Source: Camelus dromedarius (lineage: Eukaryota). From it: 64,000 bases of DNA. A program made the position numbers and the translations under genes. Shown one piece after another: positions 49,637 through 63,134 of this stretch (position 1 is the stretch's first letter; each line of letters begins with the position of its first letter). The notes below the pieces were generated by a model. The model did no database searches. It saw only the letters and a program-made list of their open reading frames with translations, and was not told the origin of the DNA. Location: contig NC_087436.1 in assembly GCF_036321535.1 (NCBI RefSeq), positions 61,940,001-62,004,000 on the forward strand, written 5' to 3'.

Positions 49637-49899
49637 GTTTTGTAGATAAGTTCATCTGACCAGGAAAGAAAAAAAAAACAGTAGATTTCTTTGAAAAAAG
49701 CCCCTTTCTAGCTTATATTTCTCCTAAGGAATAATGCCCTTGTACATTTTTAGGAACCTTTTTTTTTATTTAGAGAAGCTGTGAATTATACTATTTAAAT
49801 CTTTAAAGACATTTTGTTTGACTAGACAGTGCTTTATCTTTCTAAAGTTTTAGCAAAAGATTTTGTAGTCATAACATCAGTTTCATATTTAGACCATAC

Positions 49900-50378
49900 A
49901 ATTATATTAATTATCTATTACTTAATAATAACAAACTATCCACAAATTTAGTTACTTAAAACAAGAATTTATTATCTCATAAAGTTTCTGAAAATCAGAA
50001 ACCCAGGAGTGGCTTAGCTGGGTGATTCTGACTCAAGTTCTCTCATGAAGCTACAGTTAAGCTGTTGGTAAGATAGCAGTTATCTGACTGGGGATGGATA
50101 CACAACCATGCTTACAACCACGGAAGTTGGCAGGAGCTTTAGTTCCTTGCTTTGTAGGCCTCTTCCTGCAGCTGGCTTCTGCCAGAATGAGTGGTCAAAA
50201 GAGAGAGAACAAGATGCCATGCTGCCTTTTATGGTCTCATCTTCAAGCATATACCATCAATTCTCCTTTATTCAGTTAGTTAGAAGTAAGCCACTAAGTC
50301 CAGTCAACAGTCAACACAAAGTCATGGATATCAAGAGTTGATTATCACTGTGAGTCATCTTGGAGGCAGATTACCACA
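49900..50378 (-). mobile_element. MLT1F-like MaLR solo LTR
   Basis: cttaaaacaagaatttattatctcat...aggagtggcttagctgggtgattctgactcaag...catcttggaggcagattaccaca. Confidence 0.85.
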
Positions 50379-50469
50379 ATGCATTTTATCAGTATGGGGT
50401 AATTCTTAGGCAGTGCCATCTCAAGTTTTACTTTTGCTTCAGTTTTACCCTTATCTCTTCATGCAACTC

Positions 50470-50850
50470 CAAATACACTTATTATATCTTTTCATCATGG
50501 TTTTTTTTCCCCCTCTATTTTCAACTTCTTTTTTAGCTTTGTGCTTCAAACACTATTAATTCTACTGATCTGTACTCTAGTTTTTAGATTCTCTTGTCTG
50601 TTGGGTCTAATCAGATGTACTGAATTTTAGTTTCAGCTGTTGCATTTTTTAGCTTTAAGATTTACCTTTTGTTATTTGGGGTTTTTTTTTCCTGTTTTCT
50701 GTGAAATTCTTTTTTTTAAATTTATTTTAAAACATGCTAATCCTTGGGGTTTTAAAGTTCAGTATCTTATTTTCTGTATGTCTACTTTTCTCAATTTTTG
50801 ATATTTTGATTTTTGTCTCCTTATATTACAGCTAAGTTTTAGTTTATATG
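50470..50850 (-). mobile_element. Ancient L1 ORF1-region remnant
   Basis: T-rich antisense sequence ttctactgatctgtactctagtttttagattctcttgtctgttgggtctaatc...tgaattttagtttcagctgttgcattttttagc. Confidence 0.5.
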
Positions 50851-52175
50851 CTGTCACTTTTCATACCACACTTCCAGATTCTCCTGCTAGTTCAGAAGCT
50901 CAGAAATGGCTATGGTTCTATAGGGTATACCAGAAGCCAGAGGATAGATATCTGGAGAGAGAACTTCATGATACAGTTTGGTTGGAGAGAACTTCATGAT
51001 AGAACCTCAGTAAAAGTAGATGAAATTTTTATCTGCTAGTGTAAAATTAATTTCTCTCATACCTGCCACATCAGTTGACCTCAAGCCCAAAATGATTATA
51101 ATTATAGTACTCTGTGGAGTGAAATAAACTATATACATTCTGAAACAGAATAATGAAACAATGAAATTCAGCTATTATATTCATTATTAAATTAGTTCTT
51201 GTTTCATGAGATATGGGCTATGAATGACCACTTATGTCTCTGGGGTTCATCTTTCTTATCTTCAAAGAATAGCATTTGTAAAACTTTCAAGTGCTTTTCT
51301 CTTCAAGGGTAGAGAATAGTTGGTGGTTACTCTCACTGCTTAGTCTCTCAACATTGAAAAACAATGATTAAGATTCTATTCTGTTTTCTCTTTTCCAAAG
51401 TAAGCTAACAATCTCAAGGTTTTTAATAACGTCAAGGTTAACGTGTTTTATTTTATTCAGAGACCAGCCTTATCAAGAGCTGTTATTAATGAACACTGTC
51501 AAATGTACAACTCCTAGGCTACTGTATCTCTTCCTTGCCATATGGATGGGCCAAGATTAGTGGGAACAAACTAGCCTTAAATAGGTCTTTTTCTATCACA
51601 GTGCACATGGAGTCAGCAAAAATATCTTCTCTGAATTTTCTCTGTGTCTTTAGATCAGATTCATAATTATTATAAGATACTTTCAAGTTCAGTTAAAACA
51701 AACAAACCTCAATGTAGTTTAAATAAAGGAAATAATTTATTGGCTTACTTATCTGAAAAGTTAGAAGCAGGCAATACTGCATCCAAGTAATTTGCACAGT
51801 CTCCCCTAGGACTTCATGTCTGTCTTTCCAGTATACTTATAATGATGTCAATTTTCACACCAGAATTCTAGATTCTCCTTTTAGGATAGCAAACTCACTA
51901 GAGCATATGTGGACCACACATTTTTACACTTTACAATCTAAGAGAAATTAGAGTGTGTCTTCTCCTATCTCTTGAAATCTTGGAGATTACTTATTTTCAT
52001 TAATTTAAATCAACTGTTAGTGGTCAGGGAGGTTTGTGTCAGGCAATCGATTCTACTCATGCCATGCAGGCAAGAATGGGAATATCAAAAAGTGTTGATG
52101 AAGAAAAGAGAATTGAAACTGAAGGGGCAATCAACAAATGTCTACCGACTTGTTTTAAGTTACACATTTTCATAT

Positions 52176-52520
52176 TGAGAAAACCTATTTGCTAAATACC
52201 ACCAGGAATATACCTGCAGTAAAGCAAATCAGGTTTATTAACTTTCTGCAACATTGGCGAACACTGTCCACAAGGAGCAATGGGGCAGATAACTAAAAGA
52301 GGATGAGAAGGGACTTTTAACAGGGTTGTGTTTGTGCCTAATGACTGTTTCTGAGGAGAACTTGGAGAAACATGAAACGCGTCTGGACATTTATCACAGT
52401 TGTCTTATTCAAGAGTCAGGAGAAACAAAGAGCTGAGGAAATCATTAGTAAGGAAGCTGTAATTGCTCAAATTATATGACCTTAACTCTGTCTAGTTGGA
52501 AATATTCTCTTAATTTTTAT
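52176..52520 (-). mobile_element. Old ERV LTR fragment, family uncertain
   Basis: gcagtaaagcaaatcaggtttattaactttctgcaacattggcgaacac...caaggagcaatggggc; antisense AATAAA-like signal. Confidence 0.4.
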
Positions 52521-52879
52521 TGGAAATGATATAGTTTGATTACCAGTCACACTAAGAAGACACTTTGGGTTCTGTTTCTTCAGAACTACCAAGTTAAGAT
52601 AAAGGATGAATGCTGTGAAACCAAAAAACAAAAAATGAACCCCCCCAAAATTCTCTTATCTGAAAAACTGAGTTTGGAAATTAAGGCTACTTCAGTAGTG
52701 ACCCAAATAGTTCAGATCCTTTAAGCAAAGGTGGAATGTTCCATTCTTAGTGATTTGATTTCAAACAGTAATGTTTCTCACAGGTGAAGGTTTTAATCAA
52801 CAAGGTTTCTTAGCACTGTGTTTGAAGTTAATAAAAGAAGTCTTTACATACTTAAAAAAAATAATTGCTACAGTTTAAA

Positions 52880-54300
52880 AAATGTATTATTTTAATTCAG
52901 TTTCAGGTTCAGAGCAAAACTGAGAGGAAGGTACAGAGATTTTTCATATACTCTCTATCCCATATGTGCATTACTTCCCTCATTATCAACATCCTCCACT
53001 AAACTGGTACATTTTTTACAATTGATGAACCTACATTCACATATTATAATCTCTAAAAGTTTACAGTTTACATTAAAGTTCACTCTTGCTGTTGTATATT
53101 CAATGGATTTGGATAAATTTATAATAACATGTACCCAACATTATAGTATCATACAGAATAGTTTGACCACCCTAAAAATTCCTTCTGCTCTGCCTAGTCG
53201 TTCCCCCCACTTCCAACCCCTAGATACCACTGATTTTTTTTTAACTGTCATTATAGTTTTATGTTTTCCATAATGTCACGTAGTTGGGATCATACAGTAT
53301 GAGGACTTTTTAGATTGGCTTCTCTTGTTTACTAGTATGCATTTAAGGTTCCTCCATGACTTTTCATGGCTTGATAGCTCATTTCTTTTTAGCACTGAAT
53401 ACTATTCCATAGTCTGGAAGCACTGTAGTTTATCCATCACCTACTGAAGGACATCTTGGTTGCTTCAAAGTTTTGGCAATTATGAATAATGCTGCTATAA
53501 ATATCTGCATGCAGGTTTTTTTGTGGACATAAGTTTTCAACTCATTTGGGTAAATACTAAGGAATTTAACTGCTGGATCGTATGGTAAGAATATGTTTAA
53601 TTTCATAAGAAACCACCAAACTATCTTCCAAAGTAGCTCTAACATTTTGCATTCCCATGAGCAATAAATGAGAGTTCATTAATGTTCCTTGCCAGCATTT
53701 AGTGTTGTCAATGTTCCATATTCTGACCATTCTAATAAATGTGTGATAGCATTTTGTTGTTGTTTTAATTAGCATTTCCATGATGAGAAATTATGTGGAA
53801 CATCTTTTCATATGAGTATTTGCCATCTGCATATCTTCTTTGGTGAAATATTAAGGTCTTTGGCCCATTGTCTAATTCAATTGTTTATTTCTTATTGTTA
53901 AGTTTTAGAAGTTCTTTGTATATTTTGGAAAAGTGTTTTTTCAGATGTATCTTTTGTGAATATTTCCCAGTCTGTGGTTTGTCTTCTTACTCTCTTGACA
54001 TTGTCTTTTCAGAGCAAAAGTAAAAGTTTTTAATTTTAATGAAGTCTAATTTATCAAATTTTTTTCATGAATTGTGCCTTTTTTGTTGTCTCTAAAAAAT
54101 CAAAGCCATATACAAAGTCATCAAGGCTTTCTGTTTTTTAAAAGAGTTTATAGTTTTGTGCTTTAAATTTATGTAGGTCTGTGATCCATTTTGAGTTCAT
54201 TTTTTGTAAAGGACATGAGATCTATCTCTAGATTTTTTTGCATGTGGATGTCCAGTTGTACCAGCATCATTTGTTAAAAAGACTATCTTTCTTCCACTGT
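52880..54300 (-). mobile_element. L1MC1-like 3' end
   Basis: cagtttcaggttcagagcaaaactgagaggaaggtacagagat...; minus-strand peptide LPYDPAVKFLSIYPNELKTYVHKKTCMQIFIAALFIIAKTLKQPRCPS is the ORF2 C-terminus. Confidence 0.9.
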
Positions 54301-55080
54301 ATGCCTTCCTGGGAGTAATGTCTATTTAGGTCTATTGCCCATTTTTTTTTTGATTGGGTTGTTTTTGTGTTATTGAGTTGTATAAACTGTTTGTATATTT
54401 TGGAAATTAAGCCCTTGTTCAACACATTGTTTGCAAATATTTTCTCCCATTTCATAGGTTGTCTTTTTGTTTTGTTTATGGTTTCCTTTGCTGTACAAAA
54501 GCTTGTAAGTTTGATTAGGTCCCATTTTATTTCTATTATCTTGAGAGACTGAACTAGAAAACACTGGGACGATTTGTGTCAGAGAATATTTTGCCTATGT
54601 TCTCTTCTAGGAATTTTATGGTGTCACGTCTTATATTTAAGTCTTTATGCTATTTTGAGTTTACTTTTGTGTATGATGTGAGGGTGTGTTGTAGCATCAT
54701 TGATTTACATGCGGCTGTCCAGCTTTCCCAGCCCCACTTGCTTAAGAGACTATCTTTTTTCCATTGTATATTCTTAACTCCTTTGTCAAAATTAATTGAC
54801 ATAGGTGTGTGGGTTTATTTTGGGGGTCTCTGTTCTGTTTCATTGATCCATATGTCTGTTTTTGTGCCAATACCATGCTGTTTTGATTACTGTATCTTTG
54901 TAGTTTTGTCTGAAGTCTGGGAGAGTTATGCCTCCAGCTTTGTTCTTTTTGCTCAGAATTGTTTTGGCAATTCTGGGTCTTTATTATTCCATATAAATTT
55001 TAGGATTGTTTGTTCTAGTTCTGTGAAAAATGTCACAGGTAATTTGGTAGGGATTGCACTAAGTCTGTAGATTGCTTTTA
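54301..55080 (-). mobile_element. Younger L1 ORF2 internal fragment
   Basis: Minus-strand peptide [28 protein letters not shown]; repeats ORF2 region already present in the adjacent L1MC1, so a separate element. Confidence 0.85.
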
Positions 55081-55769
55081 CCCTGCTTTCTTTTTTAAAA
55101 TGATTTTGGTCTCTGATCCAGGGAGTCTACAGTATGGTGAAAATTAATAAAACCTCTTTACCCATTCATGTGAGACTTATAATATCAGAAATGCATAATT
55201 AAATTGATTAACTTATGTCTCAAAAATGAATATATATTGTTTAATTTGGTCTAGTTGCACTTATTGGTGATAAATACAATATTTAGGACTCTTGCTTTCC
55301 TCCCAATCATCCTAAGTATGACATTTTGTCAAGAACTTCAAAAATTCTTTCAAGAATATCTTGTTTGATAATTACGAATCTCTCTTAAAACAAGTTCTTT
55401 TTGTTCAAGAAATAAAAGCTGACCTGAAATGGAGCCAAGGTAGAGCAAAGTTGAGACAACTCTATTCACAGGAGAATAACAAATTGGTAATCTGTAAAAG
55501 TGCTTTGCCTTAACTGACATTTATATTCTGCTCCTTAAAACAGACAAACATGGGCTAGGATGTTCTGTTAGAGAGTAGACAACTGGAAAAGAAAGATGGG
55601 GGGAGCGGGGGGAGCTGCTGTCAAGAAGGAGAAGTTAGAGGGCAATCTTCTTAAGTAGGATAATTCAGGAATTGAAATCTCATTATAGGAAGGAAGGAAA
55701 AAAAAATATGTTCACCTTGTCAGCTGGAACTAACTCTTCACTCTTTCTGGTCCTTCTCAAGGGATCTAC

Positions 55770-56120
55770 TTTCATTCATTCAATAGACACTTTTGAGCAT
55801 CATTTTGTGTCAGGCACTATTCTAGACTATAGAGACATATAGTAGCAATTATCAAAGTAAGCCAAGTTTTTGCCTTTAGAGAAGTTACTTTCTAGTGAGG
55901 GGAGGCAGAAATAATCAAATAAGGAAGTAAATATATAACATTTCTAATAAAAAATGAAATGAGATTTGGGGACATTCATTCAACATGTGTTTATTTCATG
56001 TCTATTATATGCAAGTACAATCTCACCTCTTGGAAATGCAAATAAGACAGTGTTTCATCCTTGGGAGTTCACAGTGGGAAACACAGATGAATAAACAGAT
56101 AAAGTTAAGACCACTCATTG
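55770..56120 (-). mobile_element. Two tandem L2 3'-end fragments
   Basis: ttcattcattcaatagacacttttgagcatcattttgtgtcaggcactattctag; cattcattcaacatgtgtttatt...ttgggagttcacagt. Confidence 0.7.
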
Positions 56121-56197
56121 CTGAATTTATACGGATTTTTAGAATAGCAAAGGAATTGGTAAATAAAAGAACGATGAAAGAACTATAAGTATTCTAC

Positions 56198-56500
56198 AGA
56201 ACAACTCAGGCTAATAGAAACATAATTTGAGCCCAAATAAAAGCTATATAGGTAGTTTAAAATTTTCTAGTTTCTTGATAAAAAGTGAAATTAATTGTAA
56301 TAATATATATCATTTAACTCAATATATTAAATATTATAATTTTAACATTTAATTACTATAAAATAGTTTATGAGATTTATACAGTCTTCTTTTCATACTG
56401 TCTTCAAAATCCAGTATGTAGTTCCACTTAAGCAGAACTCATTTTAGACTAGTGATGTTTCAATTTTTCAATAACTCATGGCTGCCATATTATACAGCAT
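56198..56500. mobile_element. MER33-like hAT-Charlie DNA transposon
   Basis: aatagaaacataatttgagcc...tttaaaattttctagt...gtgaaattaattgtaataat...gtcttcaaaatccagtatgta...ggctgccatattatacagca. Confidence 0.8.
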
Positions 56501-57532
56501 ATCTATAGAACTTTCCATCTCAGCTTACTTTGCCTTTCCTCTAAGATTTTTATCTTAGACAATAAAGATGTATAGAGATTTCAGCATAGTTAGAGTATGG
56601 ATTTTCTAGTTTATTTTTATTACAAAAATTTCAGCTGGCAATTTTGGGGACTTTTCTGCTTGCTATGTTAAATATTTGGTTAAAATTGCTAGTAAGTTAC
56701 AAGATAGTAGACATTTTTATGTGGCGAAAAACGAAGGTATATCTAAATAAAATAAGCTACATTTCTGAGAGTCTCTTACCTCTGCTAAATTACTGTAAAA
56801 TTATTAATTATTTTAAGAATCAAACAAGATTATTTTCTTTATTTTTTTGGTCCTATAAAAATGAGAGTATGAAGGTCAGGCTCAAATGTCCCAAGATTTT
56901 CTGAAATGGTAAAGCACAATGTAACAGACAAGAAACTGCATTTCTCCTAGTTCCTCATTGAATTACATAGTCACTAAGAACTGCCAACTTGCTGACTTGT
57001 ATATATTTTTAAGTCCAAAAGGCAAAAGGTGAGTGTTCACCATTGACCTGCTTGTCAAAAACACTGAAAATTTTTTCTAGATGCTGACAGTTTATATGAT
57101 TTTTTTCCCCTGTTTTTTCCTTATAGCCTTCTCTCTCAGGTGTTTTCTTTCTGTGCTTTTTTAGAACGTTTGTTCAGGTGATTTTATAAACTCACTAAAG
57201 TGTAAGATTTAATTTAGTCTATCAGAACTGAGAATCTGTAATCTGGAACGGTAGATTTTAGATGTCAAAATATAGTATAAGTACAATACAATGTTTAAAA
57301 ATAATATTTTTGATTTCTGTGATGTTATTTAATTTCTGTGACTCCTTTGTAAATTTTTGGCTTGTTGTTACCCTTTTTTGTAAATCTATTAACCCATTAC
57401 TATAACTTTTTTTATTATTAAAAACAAATTAAATAAAATCCATGATAATACAAAGGAAAATTACCAAACCACAAAAGGAAGAAGAAAGGAACAAAGAGGA
57501 TATACCAATTCAACTGCAAAGATAAGTTCAAA

Positions 57533-60500
57533 ATGACAATAAACACACATCTATCATTAATTACTGTAAGTGTTAATGGACTAAATGCTCCAGTCAAAAG
57601 ACACAGAGTGGCAGACTGGATAATAAAGCAAGAACCTTTAATATGCTGCACACAAGAGACCCACTTTAGGGAGAAGGACACATGTAGATTGAGAGTGAAA
57701 GGATGGAAAAGGATATTCCATGCAAATGGAAAAGCCAAAAAGCAGGTCTTGCAGTACTGATTTCAGACAAAATAGACTTTAAAACAAAGGCCATAAAGAA
57801 AGATAAAGAAGGACATTTTATAACGATTGAAGGAGTGATACAAGATGAGGATATTACACTCGTTAATATATATGCACCCAATATAGGAGCACCTAAGTAC
57901 ATACAAGCATTACTAACAGAGATAAAGGGGGATATTGATGGGAATACAATCATAGTTGGAGATTTTAACACAGCATTAACATCACTAGACAGATCTTCCA
58001 GACAGAAAATAAACAAGGCAACAGAGAAATTAAATACTACAATAGAACAACTAGATTTGGTGGATATTTTCAAAGCATTACACCCCCAAAAAATAGGATA
58101 TACATTCTTTTCAAGTGCACATGGAACATTTTCCAGGATCGATCATGTACTTGGGCACAAAAGAAACCTCAACAATTTTAAGAAGATAGAAATTATCTCA
58201 AGCATCTTTACTGACCACAATGCCATGAAACTGGAAATCAACAACAGAGAAACAAAGGAGAAAAAAAGGAAAGCATGGAGATTAAACAATATGTTATTGA
58301 AAAAACAATGGATCAATGAGGAAATCAAAGCTGAAATTAAAAAATACCTTGAGACAAATGATAATGAAAGCACAACCACTCAAAACCTATGGGACACAGC
58401 AAAGGCAGTGCTAAGAGGGAAGTTTATAGCGATACAGGCCTTCCTCAAAAAAGGAGAACAATCTCAAATAAACAATTTAACCCACCACCTGAATGAATTA
58501 GAAAAAGAAGAACAAAAAGCCCCAAAAAGCAGCAGAAGGAAGGAAATAATAAAGATCAGAGAGGAATTAAATACAATAGAGATTAACAAGACCATAGAAA
58601 AAATCAACCAAACCAAAAGCTGGTTTTTTGAAAAAGTAAATAAAATCGACAAACCTCTGGCCAAACTCACAAAGAAGAAAAAAGAGAGAGCACAAATTAG
58701 CAAAATAAGAAAGGAAAATGGAGAAATTACAACAAACAAAATAGAAATACAGAATATCATACGAGAATATTATGAAAAATTATATGGAACCAAACTGGAT
58801 AACCTAGAGGAGATGGACGAGTTTCTGGAAACATACTGTCCACCAAAACTGAATCAAGAAGAATCTGAACACTTGAACAATCCGATCACTAGAAAGGAAA
58901 TAGAAATAGCAATTAAAAACCTCCCTACAAATAAAAGTCCAGGACCGGACGGCTTCACCGGGGAATTCTACCAAACATACAAAGAAGAACTCATACCAGT
59001 CCTTCTCAAACTCTTCCAGACGATTGAAAAGGAGGGAATACTCCCAAACTCATTCTATGAAGCCACCATCACCCTGATACCAAAACCAGGCAAAGACACT
59101 ACAAAAAAAGAGAATTATAGGCCAATATCACTGATGAACATAGACGCCAAAATCCTCACCAAAATTTTAGCAAATAGAATCCAACAACACATAAAAAAGA
59201 TTATACATCATGACCAAGTGAGGTTCATCCCAGGGACACAAGGCTGGTTCAACATACGCAAATCAATCAGTGTAATACATCACATCAACAAGAGAAAGGA
59301 CAAAAACTACATGATCATCTCAATTGATGCAGAAAAAGCATTTGATAAAATTCAACACCCATTTATGATAAAAACTCTCGCCAAAGTGGGTATAGAGGGA
59401 ACATATCTCAACATAATAAAAGCTATATATGACAAACCTACAGCCAGCATAGTACTCAACGGTGAAAAACTCAAAAGCTTCCCACTAAAATCTGGGACAA
59501 GACAAGGATGGCCACTATCACCACTCCTATTCAACATAGTCCTGGAAGTCCTAGCCACAGCAGTCAGGCAAGAGAAAGAAATGAAAGGGATCCAAATTGG
59601 AAAAGAAGAGGTAAAAGTGTCATTATATGCTGATGACATGTTACTATATACAGAAAACCCTAAAAGGTCCACACAAAAGCTAGTAGAGCTCATTGAAGAA
59701 TTCAGCAAGGTAGCAGGTTACAAAATTAACGTTCAAAAATCAGTTGCATTTCTTTACACTAACGATAAATCAACAGAAGAAGAAAGTAAAGAAACAATCC
59801 CCTTTAAAATAGCACCCAAAGTAATAAAATATCTGGGAATAAATCTAACCAAGGAGGTGAAAGAATTATACACAGAAAACTATAAACCACTGATAAAGGA
59901 AATTAAAGAAGACTTTAAAAAATGGAAAGATATTCCATGCTCTTGGATTGGAAGAATCGGTATAGTTAAAATGGTCACACTGCCCAAGGCAATCTACAGA
60001 TTTAATGCAATCCCTATCCAATTACCCAGGACATATTTCACAGAACTAGAACAAATCATAATAAAATTTGTATGGAACCATCAAAGACCTAGAATTGCCA
60101 AAGCATTACTGAAGAGAAAGAAAGAGGCTGGAGGAATAACTCTCCCAGACTTCAGACAATACTATAGAGCTACAGTCATCAAGACAGCATGGTATTGGTA
60201 CCAAAACAGACATATAGACCAATGGAACAGAATAGAGAGCCCAGAAATGAACCCACAAACTTTTGGTCAACTCATCTTTGACAAAGGAGGCAAGAATATA
60301 CATTGGAATAAAGACAGTCTCTTTAGCAAATGGTGTTGGAAAAACTGGACAGCGGCATGTAAAACAATGAAGCTAGAACACTCCCTTACACCATATACAA
60401 AAATCAACTCAAAATGGATTAAAGACTTAAACATAAGACAAGATACAATAAACCTCCTAGAGGAAAACATAGGCAAAACATTATCTGACATACATTTAAA

Positions 60501-61333
60501 AAATTTTCTTCTAGAAGAAATAAAAGCAAGAATAAACAAATGGGACCTAATGAAACTTACAAGCTTCTGCACAGTAAAGGAAACTAGAAATAAAACAAGA
60601 AGAAAACCTACGGAATGGGAGAAAATTTTTGCAAGTGAAACCGACAAAGGCTTGATCTCCAGAATATACAAGCAGCTCATACGACTCAATAAGAAAAAAA
60701 TAAACAACCCAATCCAAAAATGGGCAGAAGACCTAAACAAGCAATTCTCCAAGGAAGACATACAAATGATCAAAATGCACATGAAAAAATGCTCAATATC
60801 ACTAATTATCAGAGAAATGCCAATCAAAACTACAATGAGGTATCACCTCACACCAGTCAGAATGGCCGTCATTCAAAAATCCACAAATGACAAATGCTGG
60901 AGAGGCTGTGGAGAAAGGGGAACCCTCCTACACTGCTGGTGGGAATGCAGTTTGGTGCAGCCACTATGGAAAACAGTGTGGAGATTCCTCAAAAGACTAG
61001 GAATAGACTTACCATATGACCCAGGAATCCCACTCCTGGGCTTGTATCCAGAAGGAACCCTACCTACTTCAGGATGACACCTGCACCCCAATGTTCATAG
61101 CAGCACTATTTACAATAGCCAAAACATGGAAACAGCCTAAATGTCCATCAACAGGTGACTGGATAAAGAAGAGGTGGTATATTTATACAATGGAATACTA
61201 CTCAGCCATAAAAACCGACAACATAATGCCATTTGCAGCAACATGGATGCTCCTGGAGAATGTCATTCTAAGTGAAATAAGCCAGAAAGAGAAAGAAAAA
61301 TACCATATGAGATCGCTCATATGTGGAATCTAA
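57533..61333 (+). pseudogene. LINE-1 ORF2p (APE endonuclease, reverse transcriptase, C-terminal CCHC), two frameshifts
   Basis: Pieces 57533..57760, 57703..61077 (1124 aa open) and 61016..61333. Motifs NVNGLN-like [62 protein letters not shown]. 1-nt loss in the A-run 57737-57741 and 4-nt ctac duplication at 61060-61067. Confidence 0.96.
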
Positions 61334-61371
61334 AAAACAAAAACAAAAACAAACAAACAAACAAAAACAAA
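61332..61371. repeat. (AAAAAC/AAAC)n simple repeat in L1 3' UTR
   Basis: aaaaaacaaaaacaaaaacaaacaaacaaacaaaaacaaa. Confidence 0.9.
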
Positions 61372-63134
61372 GCGTAAATACAGGACAGAAATAGACTCAC
61401 AGACAGAGAATACAGACTTGTGGTTGCCAGAGGGGTGGAGGGTGGGAAGGGATAGACTGGGATTTCAAAACTGTAGAATAGATAAACAAGATTACACTGT
61501 ATAGCACAGGGAAATATACACAAAATGTTATGATAACTCACAGAGAAAAAAATGTGACAATGAGTGTGTATATGTCCATGAATGAAAAATTGTGCTGAAA
61601 ACTGGAATTTGACACAACATTGTAAAATGATTATAAATCAATAAAAAATGTTAAAAAAATATTTTTGATATTTAATTAATGGGTTACTGGTAATTATGAC
61701 TCAATGTAACTATGAAAAGAATAAAAATGAAATATCCTGCAAATCTAAATGCAGTGATATTCTTATGATTCAAATTAAAAAGTTATTCTTTTATGTATAT
61801 AATTTGACCAGAAAATGAAAAAAAAAGTTAATTACATAATTCTTCACTGCAGTAATTTATGGTTAACTTCCATTTTTTAAGTCTTTCTAACTGAATATTT
61901 CGTTAAGAGCTATATAAGGAAATTTTCATGCTACTATACTGTTCTCCTGCCTTTGTTCAGGTCAACTTTAATTGAAGCCTTGATCTTTTCTATGTTGCAA
62001 TTTTCTCCTCATTAATACAACTTGAGGGCACCACTTTGTTCACCCCAAACAAGCCGAAACACAGTCATCAAATACACACAACATAAGGCATTATAAAACC
62101 TTTGACTTTTCTTTGGTGATTTACTGGGTGAATTTTCAAACCTCTCAAAGGATTTTAACATTCCTGATTATATGTACTTCTATTTGTAATGTGTTGGTGC
62201 TTTTTGCTTGAGATAGTAACTTGGGAAGAAATATCTGCTAAATTACCTTAGGTTTCCTTTTTGTTGGCATAAAATACAAAATGTTAAACATTTTCCTTCT
62301 GAACACAATTTTACTTTTTTAAGTCCTTATTTTAAATGTAGGTGTTGACCACGTTTACTAATATTTTTATAATGAGATTATAATGTTGCTTAATCACGTC
62401 TATAAATGTCATTTTTTTTTAAATCTGGAGACTATAGATTTTTAACTTAAATCTATATTCTATATTACTGGGTTGAACATCTCTTTTAAATTATCATAAT
62501 TACTTTTCTCTTTAAGGACATTTCTTTTTTAATTGCCTTTGGTATTAGGATCCTCAGATATTCTACAATATCAGTATTTACTCCTCCCTTCTGTATTTGT
62601 TATAGCATGCAATGAAAACTACACGCAGACTTCTAAAACTCCGTAATACAAGTTTAGTAGTTACTCCTTACAAAATTTTTACAAGGTAAGGAAAGCATCA
62701 CTATTTTATAGGTAAAAAGAAACAATAAGATAAAGAGTCAATTTTAGAAATCCCAATGATCTGCTCAAACTTAGGACAATTGCAATGGACCATTTTGATT
62801 CACTAGAGATCTAGGGTCCACATACCCAGTTATACAGATAGACTCATGTATCTGAAATGTATTTTCTTGGCATCATTTTTATCTAGTTAGTATGAATCTA
62901 TTCAGTAAGTAGCTGGAAAAGAAAACACAAAAATTTAGTCATAGGATGAAAATGATAAAAGTAGGCTATTTTATTATTAGCTGTCTAAGGAGAAGAGCCA
63001 ACACAGGTTTTCAGGATGTTTATTAGGACAAATTCTTGATAAATAATTTTAACCAAATGAAAATATTTTAAAGGACAGGTAAACTGAGATACAGAAAGTA
63101 GACCAAATTATATGAAAGAATAGTTGTTCAACAA

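Larger units (their letters stand above)
57315..61657 (+). mobile_element. Young LINE-1, 5'-truncated with short 5' inversion; lacks ORF1 and promoter
   Basis: TSD aatatttttgat at 57303-57314 and 61658-61669; TTT/AAAA endonuclease-type site at about 57294-57300; inter-ORF spacer, whole ORF2 span, 3' UTR with AATAAA (about 61640) and short A tail. Confidence 0.97.

Noticed and set aside
57703..61077. 1124-aa ORF as a novel or domesticated reverse transcriptase gene
   Set aside because: It is ordinary L1 ORF2. The apparent start ([12 protein letters not shown]) is out-of-frame sequence upstream of a frameshift, and TSD, 3' UTR and A tail show a standard retrotransposon insertion
57418..61091. 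Several antisense ORFs of 65-186 aa with hydrophobic content
   Set aside because: Expected shadows of the A-rich L1 ORF2 strand; the same applies to 54576..55070
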